Source of the DNA: Solirubrobacteraceae bacterium
Lineage (GTDB): Bacteria > Actinomycetota > Thermoleophilia > Solirubrobacterales > Solirubrobacteraceae
DNA: 64,000 nt
NCBI GenBank assembly: GCA_036269915.1
Contig: DATBDM010000131.1
Coordinates: 4,749 to 68,748, forward strand
Direction of reading: 5' to 3'
Below are positions 15,588 to 23,458 of this stretch, one piece after another. Under the pieces are notes generated by a model. That model saw only the letters and a program-made list of their open reading frames with translations, was not told where the DNA came from and did no database searches. How positions within the stretch are numbered: position 1 is the stretch's first letter; every line of letters starts with the position of its first letter. Made by a program: the position numbers and the translations under genes.

Positions 15588-17626
15588 CCGCGGACGGGTG
15601 CCCAGAGCCGCTCCTCCGCGGGGCCGGGGGCGCGCTGGGCGAGCCCGCGCAGCCAGACCTCGAGGTCCGCCATCGGCATCGGGCGCCCGAGGAAGTGCCC
15701 CTGCGCCTCGTCGCAGCCCCAGCGCGCGAGCTGCCCCCAGGTCTCGGCGTCCTCGACGCCTTCGGCAACGACGCGCAGGCCGAGCCGGCGCGAGAGGTCG
15801 ACGATCGACTGCACGATCGCCGCGTCGCGCTTGTCGCGGCCGACGCGCATGACGAACGAGCGGTCGATCTTGATCTCGTCGACGCGCAGCTGCTTGAGCT
15901 GCCCGAGCACAGAGTGGCCGGCCCCGAAGTCGTCGAGCGCGGTCTGCACGCCGGTCCGCCGCAACCCGATCAGCACGTCGACCGTGCGCTCGAGGTCGGC
16001 CATCACGACGTCCTCGGAGACCTCGAGCTGCAGGTGCTCGGCGTCGAAGCGGTGCCGCCGCAGGAGCCGCTCGACCTCGGCCGGCAGCCCCAGGTCGAGC
16101 AGGTCGGCGGGTCCCAGGTTGACGGCGACGCTCAGCTCGTAGCCCTCGCGACGGCGGTGCCCGATCTCCTCGAGCGCCAGATCGAGCACGAACGCGGTCA
16201 GCGCGCGCGTGAGCCCGCTCTGCTCGACGAGCGGGAGGAAGTGCCCGGGGCCGAGCAGGCCGTGCTGGGGATGGTGCCAGCGCACGAGTGCCTCGACACC
16301 GCGCACCGCGCCCGTGCGCAGGTCGGCCTTCGGCTGGTAGTACAGCGCGAGCTCGCCCGCCTGCAGCGCGTCGCTGAGCTGGCCGACGAGCGCGAGCCGC
16401 TGGCGGCTGTGGCGGTCGCGCGAGGGCAGGTACACCTCGTGACCGGTGCGCATCCGCTTGGCCTCGTACATCGCGACGTCGGCGCGTTGCAGCAGCCCGA
16501 GCGGGTCCTCGGCGTGATGCGGGAAGAGGGCGATCCCGACGCTCGCGTCGATATGCACGCTGATGCCGCCGACCTCGAAGGAGTCCTCGAGCGCGGCGCG
16601 CAGCCGCAGCCCGGCGGTGCTCGCCGACGCCTCGTCGCCCGGGTGGAGCACGACGGCGAACTCGTCGCCGCCGAGCCGCGCGAGCGTGTCGTCGGCGCGC
16701 AGCATCGCCTGCAGCCGGGGGCCGATCTGGCGCAGGACCTCGTCGCCCGCGTGGTGGCCGAGCGTGTCGTTGAGCTCCTTGAAGCCGTCGAGATCGACGA
16801 GCAGCAGCGCGACCTGGCTGCCGCGTTCGCGTGCTGACTCGCAGACGGTCTCGAGCCGGTCGATCAGATGCCGGCGGTTGCCGAGGCCGGTGAGGTCGTC
16901 GGTGATCGCGCGCCGGTTGCTCTCCCCCAGCCGCTCGATGACGGTCGCGCCCGAGCGCAGCGTCCCGATCGCCACGGTGAGCGTCGCCAGCACGGCGGCG
17001 GCGTCGGCGACCTGCACGAACTGCCCGATCGTGAGCAGCGCGACCGAGCCGAACGCGCAGGTGACCAGCGCCAAGAGGACCCGGCGGCTGAACTCCGGGC
17101 TCGGCCGTGCGCGCGGCTCGCGGTAGGCGGCGGCGCCCGCGAGCGCGAGTGCGGCGAGCGGCGAGAAGCCCTCGGGCAGGGCGAGCGCGACCAGCCCGAG
17201 GCAGCCGGCGGCCACGCACCAGCCCGGCCGCCATCGGCTCAGCGACATCAGACCGACGACGCCGGCCGCGGCCACGGCGGGGGCCGTCGTCGCCCCGAGC
17301 GCGAGCGCGAGCGCGCCGCCGGCGGCCGCGCCGATGCCGGCGTCGAGCCGCGACAGCCGGCCGACGTCCGGGCGGTGCTCGAGGACGAGGCCGATCAGCC
17401 CGGCGATCGCCACGACGCACGCGGCGATGCGCAGCCAGCGCGCCGCCTCGTCGTCTCCGGAGGCCGCGATGTCCCCGATCCCGGCGAGCAGCAGGGCCGC
17501 CGCGAGGACGAACCGGGGCGTGCGGCGCCCAGGGGCGCGCAGGGCCGCTGCGGCCGCCGCGATCGCCCCTGCACAGAGCACCGATCCCGACGTGACGTCG
17601 GCGAGCATGGAGCGATCGTTACGCAC
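15584..17626 (-). CDS. membrane-anchored GGDEF-EAL protein (diguanylate cyclase / c-di-GMP phosphodiesterase)
   Basis: The N-terminal ~200 aa are hydrophobic. 'DDLTGLGNRRHL', 'RLGGDEFAVVL', 'EALVRW', 'VNLGPADL', 'QLEVSE', 'ALDDFGAGHS', 'KIDRSFV', 'VVAEGVE', 'AQGHFLGRP'. GTG 17626 or ATG 17608 as start. Confidence 0.9.
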   Translation of the reverse strand: MRNDRSMLADVTSGSVLCAGAIAAAAAALRAPGRRTPRFVLAAALLLAGIGDIAASGDDEAARWLRIAACVVAIAGLIGLVLEHRPDVGRLSRLDAGIGAAAGGALALALGATTAPAVAAAGVVGLMSLSRWRPGWCVAAGCLGLVALALPEGFSPLAALALAGAAAYREPRARPSPEFSRRVLLALVTCAFGSVALLTIGQFVQVADAAAVLATLTVAIGTLRSGATVIERLGESNRRAITDDLTGLGNRRHLIDRLETVCESARERGSQVALLLVDLDGFKELNDTLGHHAGDEVLRQIGPRLQAMLRADDTLARLGGDEFAVVLHPGDEASASTAGLRLRAALEDSFEVGGISVHIDASVGIALFPHHAEDPLGLLQRADVAMYEAKRMRTGHEVYLPSRDRHSRQRLALVGQLSDALQAGELALYYQPKADLRTGAVRGVEALVRWHHPQHGLLGPGHFLPLVEQSGLTRALTAFVLDLALEEIGHRRREGYELSVAVNLGPADLLDLGLPAEVERLLRRHRFDAEHLQLEVSEDVVMADLERTVDVLIGLRRTGVQTALDDFGAGHSVLGQLKQLRVDEIKIDRSFVMRVGRDKRDAAIVQSIVDLSRRLGLRVVAEGVEDAETWGQLARWGCDEAQGHFLGRPMPMADLEVWLRGLAQRAPGPAEERLWAPVRG

Positions 17627-17685
17627 CGAGGGCCGAAACGCCAGCGCGAAGGCTGAGAGCGGGCGCGGCGTGGCGAGCGCGTAGG

Positions 17686-18432
17686 GTGCTTCCGATGGAG
17701 CGACGGACGTTCACCTCCGTCATCGACGGCCGCTTCCAGCTCGGCGAACGCCTCCACGGCGCCGAGGGGCTCGGCGTCTGGGAGGGCACCGAGCCCGCGG
17801 CGGGCGACCGGCCCGTGCTGGTCTCGATCGGCCCGTACGCGGGCGACGTCTTCGACGAGCTCCAGCTCGACGTCCCGGGCGTCCCGACGCTGCTCGCCGT
17901 GGGCGACGCGCCCGACGGCCGGACCGCCGTGGTCGAAGAGCATCCGCCCGGCGCGATCGCCACGCCCGCCCCGCAGGAGGCGGCGGCGCTCGGCGCCGAG
18001 GTCGCCGAGCTCGCCGCGTTCGTGCACCACATGGGGCTGGCGCTCGGCGGGATCCGGCCCGAGTCGGTGTGGCGCGGCGACGAGGTGTCGATCTCACCGC
18101 GGCTGACGCGCCTGTGGGAGATCTCGCACGAGAGCCTCGACGCGCCCGGCGGCCCGTCGGTCTACATCTCGCTCGGCCGGCTGCGCGGCAGCGGCCCCAC
18201 GCCGGCCGACGACGTCTTCGCGCTCGGCGCGACGATCGCCTCGTGGGCGACCGGGCAGCACGCCTTCGAGGGCGCGACGCGCGGCGAGCAGATCCGCGCG
18301 ATCCACGATCGGCGCCGGCGCCCGTGGACCGGCGATCCGGCGCTCGAGCCGATCGTGGCGGCGGCGCTGCGGCCGCGGGCGGACCGACCGAGCATGGAGC
18401 AGCTCGAGGCCCTGCTCAACGAGCTGGCCTGA
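17686..18432 (+). CDS. Hanks-type protein-kinase-like protein lacking catalytic residues (pseudokinase)
   Basis: Kinase-like order of subdomains: 'FQLGERLHGAEGLGVWEG' (G-loop-like), 'RPVLVSIG' in place of VAIK, 'LGGIRPESV' in place of HRDxKPxN, no DFG, 'DDVFALGATIASWATG' (subdomain IX), 'RPRADRPSMEQL' (XI). Start GTG 17686 or ATG 17695. Confidence 0.6.
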   Translation: MLPMERRTFTSVIDGRFQLGERLHGAEGLGVWEGTEPAAGDRPVLVSIGPYAGDVFDELQLDVPGVPTLLAVGDAPDGRTAVVEEHPPGAIATPAPQEAAALGAEVAELAAFVHHMGLALGGIRPESVWRGDEVSISPRLTRLWEISHESLDAPGGPSVYISLGRLRGSGPTPADDVFALGATIASWATGQHAFEGATRGEQIRAIHDRRRRPWTGDPALEPIVAAALRPRADRPSMEQLEALLNELA

Positions 18433-18684
18433 CGCTGATCCTGGGTTCCGAGAACGAGCGCTTGGCCGTCGCGCCCGGAGGAGGGGTGGCGCGACGACCG
18501 AGCGTCGGAGGGAGATCGACCGCGGACGCCGGGGTTGGGGGGAAAGAGCAGTCCTGGGGCCGGTCTCTGAGAGGCGATCGGGGGAGGGATGTGATCGCGA
18601 TATGTGAGAAGGATCTTCCATGACCCTCGGGGTGGTGCCTCTACGGCTCACCTGTGAGTCGACGTACGGTCTCCCGCACCCCCC

Positions 18685-18993
18685 TCAGGCGAGCACGGGG
18701 CGGTGGCGCCCGAAGCGGCGACGGCCACGGCGGCCGCGCTCCTCGAGACGCACGAGCTGGCGGCCGCGCTCGGCGAGCAGGAACACCAGCTCGCCCGTCG
18801 GGCGGAACGGGTCCGCGACGGCGTGGAAGTCGACCAGGGAAAGGGCGGCCCACACGCTTCCGCGGACCTCGGCGACGAGCACGTCGCCGGTGGGCACGCG
18901 AGCGGAGTCGAGCTCGGCGAGCCGCTCGATCGCGGGCTCGTCGTCGGGGCGGGCGATCCGGATGACGAGTTCTGGAGTGGACATGTGAGTCAT
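18685..18993 (-). CDS. conserved hypothetical small protein
   Basis: 102 aa, 'IRIARPDDEPAIERLAELDSARVPTGDVLVAEVRGSVWAALSLVDFHAVADPFRPTGELVFLL', with an Arg-rich tail. I recall similar small actinobacterial proteins but cannot name a family. Confidence 0.45.
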   Translation of the reverse strand: MTHMSTPELVIRIARPDDEPAIERLAELDSARVPTGDVLVAEVRGSVWAALSLVDFHAVADPFRPTGELVFLLAERGRQLVRLEERGRRGRRRFGRHRPVLA

Positions 18994-19087
18994 GATCGCG
19001 CTGAGACGGCCCCCTTACATCGGGCGGATGGAGCGCGTTCGGGGCCTTAGGGCCTTAGTCCGCGCCGGGGTTGCGCTTACTGGTTAG

Positions 19088-19738
19088 ATGGCGGCGATGA
19101 GCGCTCAGCTGACCCCCGCGTATCGAGCCGTCATCGGCGCGACGTCGCCGATCATGCGGCACTGGTCGCGCATGGAGGTCACGGGGCTCGAGGCCCTGCC
19201 CGCGACCGGCCCAGTCCTGCTCGCGGCCAACCACGACTCCTACTGGGACCCGATCGCGATCGGCGTCGCCGCGGCCCCGACGCGTCAGATCCACGCGCTG
19301 GCGAAGTCGTCGCTGTGGAAGCCCGTGCTCGGCTGGGTGCTCGACGGCATGGGCCAGATCCCCGTGCAGCGCGGCACGGGGGACGCCGCGGCGATGGACC
19401 GCGCGATCGAGGAGCTGCGCGCGGGGAAGTGCATCGGCATCTTTCCGGAGGCGACGCGCTCGAAGGGGCTGGAGCTGCGCGCCCGCAGCGGATTCGGCCG
19501 GCTCGCCCAGGCCGTGCCGGAGGCGACGATCGTCTGCGCGACGGTGACCGGCACCGTCGACGTCCCCCGCTTCCCGAAGCGCCCCGAGGTCCGCGTCGAC
19601 TTCTTCCGCCCGGTCGACGCGCACGTCGACCCCGACGAGCCGCCGGCCGCGCTGCCGACGCGCCTGCTCGTCGAGATCCGCGCGCGCGCGCCGCGGGTGG
19701 TCCCGGGCCGGCGCCCGAAATCGGTCGCGCCGGCGTAG
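19088..19738 (+). CDS. plsC: 1-acyl-sn-glycerol-3-phosphate acyltransferase family protein
   Basis: HX4D motif 'ANHDSYWD', 'GQIPVQRG', 'IGIFPEATRS', typical of the PlsC/LPLAT family. Confidence 0.85.
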   Translation: MAAMSAQLTPAYRAVIGATSPIMRHWSRMEVTGLEALPATGPVLLAANHDSYWDPIAIGVAAAPTRQIHALAKSSLWKPVLGWVLDGMGQIPVQRGTGDAAAMDRAIEELRAGKCIGIFPEATRSKGLELRARSGFGRLAQAVPEATIVCATVTGTVDVPRFPKRPEVRVDFFRPVDAHVDPDEPPAALPTRLLVEIRARAPRVVPGRRPKSVAPA

Positions 19739-19816
19739 CCGATCGGCGAACGTCGGCGGCCGCTTCGAAGGAGGGGCGCGTGCGGCGGCCTCGGCGGGAC
19801 GTGCATCTCGTCCCGT

Positions 19817-19852
19817 GGCGCGTTTTTGCCTCTGCTGGAGGCAAAACGCGCC
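19817..19852. repeat. 15-bp-stem hairpin GGCGCGTTTTTGCCTC / GAGGCAAAACGCGCC
   Basis: One bulged T and the loop TGCTG. It is nested inside an outer 10-bp stem, GTGCATCTCG (19801-19810) / CGAGATGCAC (19871-19880). Confidence 0.75.
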
Positions 19853-19874
19853 AAGCGCTGCTGGACACAGCGAG

Positions 19875-19911
19875 ATGCACGTTGACGACGCTCAGCGTCC
19901 GCAACGTGCAT
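19875..19911. repeat. 18-bp-arm hairpin ATGCACGTTGACGACGCT-C-AGCGTCCGCAACGTGCAT (16/18 paired)
   Basis: Read directly. Its left arm overlaps the outer stem of the previous hairpin, so the two structures are mutually exclusive. Confidence 0.7.
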
Positions 19912-20001
19912 GGCGACCGCCCGGCCGAGCCCGGATGCACGTTGTGACCCTGTCGCCTTCCCACCCACCCGGGTTGACGTTCGCCGGCGCCGCCGGCGAC
20001 C

Positions 20002-20856
20002 TCAGGGCATCGCCAGCAACCGGGCGCGCTGTGCCTCGATGTCCAGCCCCGGCGGGGCCGCCGGCCAGCGCAGCGCCATCGCCTCCAGCTGCTCGACGAG
20101 GATGTTCGTGACCGCCCAGTTGCGGTACCACTTGCGGTCCGCGGGGACGACGTACCACGGCGCCACCTCGCTCGTGCAGCGCTCGAGCGCGTCGGCGTAG
20201 GCGGTCATGTACTCCTCCCACAGCTCGCGGTCGTCGAGGTCGCTCGGGTTGTACTTCCAGTGCTTGCGCGGGTCGTCCAGCCGCGCGAGCAGCCGCTCGC
20301 GCTGCTCGGCCGGCGAGATGTGCAGGAAGCACTTCACGACGCGGGTGCCGGCGGCCGAGAGCTCGGCCTCGAAGCGCTCGATCGCGCCGTAGCGGCGCGT
20401 CCAGGTGCGCCGGTCGGCGAGGCCGCGCACGCGCACGGCGACGACGTCCTCGTAGTGCGAGCGGTCGAAGACCGCGATCTGCCCCGGCGCGGGAAGCTGC
20501 CGGCGCACGCGCCAGAGGAAGTCGTGGCGGCGCTCCTCCGCGGTCGGTGGTCCGAACCCGTGCACGTCCACCCCCGACGGATCGACCTGCCCGACGACAT
20601 GGCGGATCGTGCCTCCCTTGCCGGAGGTGTCCATCCCCTGCAGCACGAGCAGCAGGCTGCGCGTGCCTCCCGTCCGCCCCTCGGCGTAGAGCTGCTCCTG
20701 CAGCGTCGCCAGCCGCTCGCCGAGCCCGAGCGCCTCCTCGCGAGCGTCCTTCTTGCCGCCGTCGAAGCCCGGCGTGGAGCGCGTGTCGATCGTGTGCAGG
20801 TCGACCGGACCCGCCGGCAGGCGCAGCAGATCGGAGACGCGCTCGGCGGTGGTCAT
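20002..20856 (-). CDS. ppk2: polyphosphate kinase 2 family protein
   Basis: 'LLLVLQGMDTSGKGGTIRHV' (Walker A), 'FLWRVRRQLPAPGQIAVFDRSHYEDV', 'KCFLHISPAEQRERL', 'KHWKYNPSDL', 'APWYVVPADRKWYRN'. Confidence 0.9.
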   Translation of the reverse strand: MTTAERVSDLLRLPAGPVDLHTIDTRSTPGFDGGKKDAREEALGLGERLATLQEQLYAEGRTGGTRSLLLVLQGMDTSGKGGTIRHVVGQVDPSGVDVHGFGPPTAEERRHDFLWRVRRQLPAPGQIAVFDRSHYEDVVAVRVRGLADRRTWTRRYGAIERFEAELSAAGTRVVKCFLHISPAEQRERLLARLDDPRKHWKYNPSDLDDRELWEEYMTAYADALERCTSEVAPWYVVPADRKWYRNWAVTNILVEQLEAMALRWPAAPPGLDIEAQRARLLAMP

Positions 20857-22004
20857 CGGTCGAGGCTACCCACGATCCAGGCGCCGGCGACCATCGTCGC
20901 CGTCACCGCCAGGTCGTCGTCGAGCACGACGAGATCGGCGTCGAAGCCCCGCGCCAGCGCGCCCTTGGACGCCTCGAGCCGGAGCACGCGGGCGGGCGTC
21001 GCCGACGCCATCCGCAGCGCGTCGCCGAGCGAGAGCCCGGCGAGCCGCACCGCGTTGCGCACCGCCGCGCCCATCGTCAGCGTGCTCCCGGCGAGCGTAC
21101 CCGTGCCGGCCAGCTCGGCGCGGCCGCCGCGCACCGTCACCGGCAGCGCGCCGATCCGGTATTCGCCGTCGCCGAGCCCCGTCGCCGACATCGCATCCGT
21201 CACGAGGACGATCCGGTCGACCCCCTTGACCCGCCGGGCGAGCCGGATCGCGGCCGGGGCGACGTGCTCGCCATCGCAGATCAGCTCGCAGGTGACGTCG
21301 TCGCGATCGAGCGCCGCCCCGATCACGCCCGGCTCGCGGTGGTGGAACGGCCGCATCCCGTTGAAGAGGTGCGTGGCGTGCCGGGCGCCCGCGTCGAAGG
21401 CGGCCATCGCCTGCGCGTAGGTCGCATCCGTGTGCCCGACGGAGGCGACGACGCCGGCGTCGACCAGCCGCGCGATCGCCTCCGGCGCGCCCGGCAGCTC
21501 CGGAGCGAGCGTCACCAGCCGCACGGGCCCTGCCGCGAGCAGCGCGTCGAGCTCGGCGAGGTCGGGCGCGCGCAGGTGCTCGGGATCCTGCGCGCCGCGA
21601 TGGCGCTCGCACAGGTACGGGCCCTCGAGGTGGATGCCGAGCAGCGCCGCGCCGCCGTCGACCGGCTCCGCGGCGGCCAGCGCATCGACCGCCGCCCGCA
21701 GCCGCTCGCGCGACGCGGTCACGGTCGTCGCCAGCAGCGCCGTCGTGCCGCCGCGCGCATGCGCGCGCAGGATCGCGGCGCGCTCGCCGGCATCCGCGTC
21801 GAGGAACTCGGCGCCGGCCGCGCCGTGCACGTGCACGTCGACGAACCCCGGCGCGAGCACCGCGCCGCCGAGGTCGCGCGCCGGGCCGCCGGCGGCCCCC
21901 TCCCCGAGCGCGACGATGCGGCCGTCCTCGACGCGCAGCCACCCCGTGCGGAGCTCGCCGGTCGGCAGGGCGAGGCGCGCGTTGGCGAGCAGCTCCGAGG
22001 TCAC
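20853..22004 (-). CDS. nagA: N-acetylglucosamine-6-phosphate deacetylase
   Basis: 'APGFVDVHVHGAAG', 'GIHLEGPYL', 'VTLAPELPGA', 'SVGHTDATY', 'ATHLFNGM', 'ELICDGEHV', 'LVTDAMSATG'. Its stop overlaps the ppk2 start as ATGA. Confidence 0.9.
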   Translation of the reverse strand: MTSELLANARLALPTGELRTGWLRVEDGRIVALGEGAAGGPARDLGGAVLAPGFVDVHVHGAAGAEFLDADAGERAAILRAHARGGTTALLATTVTASRERLRAAVDALAAAEPVDGGAALLGIHLEGPYLCERHRGAQDPEHLRAPDLAELDALLAAGPVRLVTLAPELPGAPEAIARLVDAGVVASVGHTDATYAQAMAAFDAGARHATHLFNGMRPFHHREPGVIGAALDRDDVTCELICDGEHVAPAAIRLARRVKGVDRIVLVTDAMSATGLGDGEYRIGALPVTVRGGRAELAGTGTLAGSTLTMGAAVRNAVRLAGLSLGDALRMASATPARVLRLEASKGALARGFDADLVVLDDDLAVTATMVAGAWIVGSLDR

Positions 22005-22078
22005 CCCGCCTCCCTACCCGCGATTGCCGCGCCGAGTTGTCGGGCAGGCCGGACGCAGGTCCAACGGGAGGGATCGAG

Positions 22079-23458
22079 ATGCTCGAGGCACCAGCTCAGC
22101 GTCGCACGCTGAGCTTCACCATTGCGCTGACGGCGGCCACGATCGGTGTGATCTACGGCTACGACACCGGCAGCATCGCCGGCGCGCTGTTGTTCATCCC
22201 GGCCCGCTTCAGCCTCTCCACGGGCGCGACCGAGTGGGTCGCGACGTTCACCGGCATCGGCCTGATCGTCGGCGCGCTCGCCGCCAACCGGATCGCCGAC
22301 CACTTCGGCCGGCGCGTCGCGATGATCGCGCTCACCGTCGGCTTCCTCGTCTTCGCGGTGCTGCAGGGCATCGCGCCGAGCATCGTCGTCCTCGACAGCG
22401 CACGCTTCCTGCTCGGCGTCGCCATCGGCATCTCGACCGTCGTCGCCCCCGTCTACATCGCGGAATCGGCGCCGGCGCGGATCCGCGGCGCGCTGATCGT
22501 CGGCTACCAGGTCGCGACCGTCGTGGGGATCATGGTCGCGTACTTCGTCGCCTGGGCGCTGGCCGGCGGCGAGCACTGGCGCTGGATGCTCGCGATCTCC
22601 GCGATCCCCGCCGCGCTCGTGCTGCTCGTGCTGCTGCGGCTGCCCGACACGCCGCGCTGGTACATGATGAAGGGCCGCGTCGACGAGGCGCGCGCCACGT
22701 TCGCGCGCACCGATCCGGAGGCCGACGTCGAGCGCGAGCTCGAGGACATCCAGGCCGACCTGCGCGCCGAGCGCGGCGGCGAGATCCGCACGATGCTGCG
22801 CAAGCCCTACCTGCGGGCGACGATCTTCGTCGTCGTGCTGGGCTTCCTGGTGCAGATCACCGGCATCAACGCGATCACCTACTACAGCCCGTCGATCTTC
22901 AAGGAGCTGGGCTGGTCGGACACGACCTCGCTGCTCGTGCAGGGCTTCATCGAGCTGTTCTCCGTCTTCGCGGTCGTCGGCGCCGTGCTCGTGGTCGACC
23001 GGCTCGGGCGGCGCAAGACGCTGCTCACCGGCGTCGGCGTGATGATCGCGGCGAACATCCTGATGGTGCTGCTGTTCAGCTTCGGGTCGCTCGACGGCGG
23101 CTTCGAGTCGGTGCTCGGCTTCGTCGGGATCCTGTTCTTCACCGCCGGCTTCAACTTCGGCTTCGGCGCGCTCGTGTGGGTCTACGCCTCCGAGAGCTTC
23201 CCGGCCCCGTTGCGGACGGCCGGCGCGTCCGCGATGCTGACCGCCGACCTGCTCGCCAACCTGCTCATCTCGCGCTTCTTCCTGACCGTGTTCGAGGACC
23301 TCGGCGGCGCCGGCACGTTCGGCCTGTTCCTCGCCCTCGCGGTGATCTCGTTCGTCTTCATCTCGGCCTTCGCGCCCGAGACCAAGGGCCGGCCACTCGA
23401 GGACATCCGGCGCTTCTGGGAGAACGGCGGGAGCTGGCCGGAGGAGCCCGTCCGGTGA
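22079..23458 (+). CDS. MFS sugar-porter family transporter
   Basis: 'GYDTGSIAGALLFI', 'DHFGRRV', 'PVYIAESAPARIRGAL', 'LPDTPRWYMMKGR', 'VDRLGRRKTLL', 'SESFPAPLRTAG', 'PETKGRPLEDI'. ATG 22079 is preceded by the SD GGGAGGGA; the ORF is open from TTG 22037. Confidence 0.88.
   Translation: MLEAPAQRRTLSFTIALTAATIGVIYGYDTGSIAGALLFIPARFSLSTGATEWVATFTGIGLIVGALAANRIADHFGRRVAMIALTVGFLVFAVLQGIAPSIVVLDSARFLLGVAIGISTVVAPVYIAESAPARIRGALIVGYQVATVVGIMVAYFVAWALAGGEHWRWMLAISAIPAALVLLVLLRLPDTPRWYMMKGRVDEARATFARTDPEADVERELEDIQADLRAERGGEIRTMLRKPYLRATIFVVVLGFLVQITGINAITYYSPSIFKELGWSDTTSLLVQGFIELFSVFAVVGAVLVVDRLGRRKTLLTGVGVMIAANILMVLLFSFGSLDGGFESVLGFVGILFFTAGFNFGFGALVWVYASESFPAPLRTAGASAMLTADLLANLLISRFFLTVFEDLGGAGTFGLFLALAVISFVFISAFAPETKGRPLEDIRRFWENGGSWPEEPVR

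Larger units (their letters stand above)
19744..19987. repeat. composite palindromic intergenic element E2, same terminal inverted repeat as E1
   Basis: The right end 19971-19987 GGGTTGACGTTCGCCGG is the exact reverse complement of E1's left end 9161-9177. The left end 19744-19757 CGGCGAACGTCGGC matches it at 12 of 14 positions. There are four copies of GATGCACGT in alternating orientation (19799-19807, 19873-19883, 19901-19911, 19934-19944). The element fills the whole gap between the convergent plsC and ppk2 genes. Confidence 0.6.
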
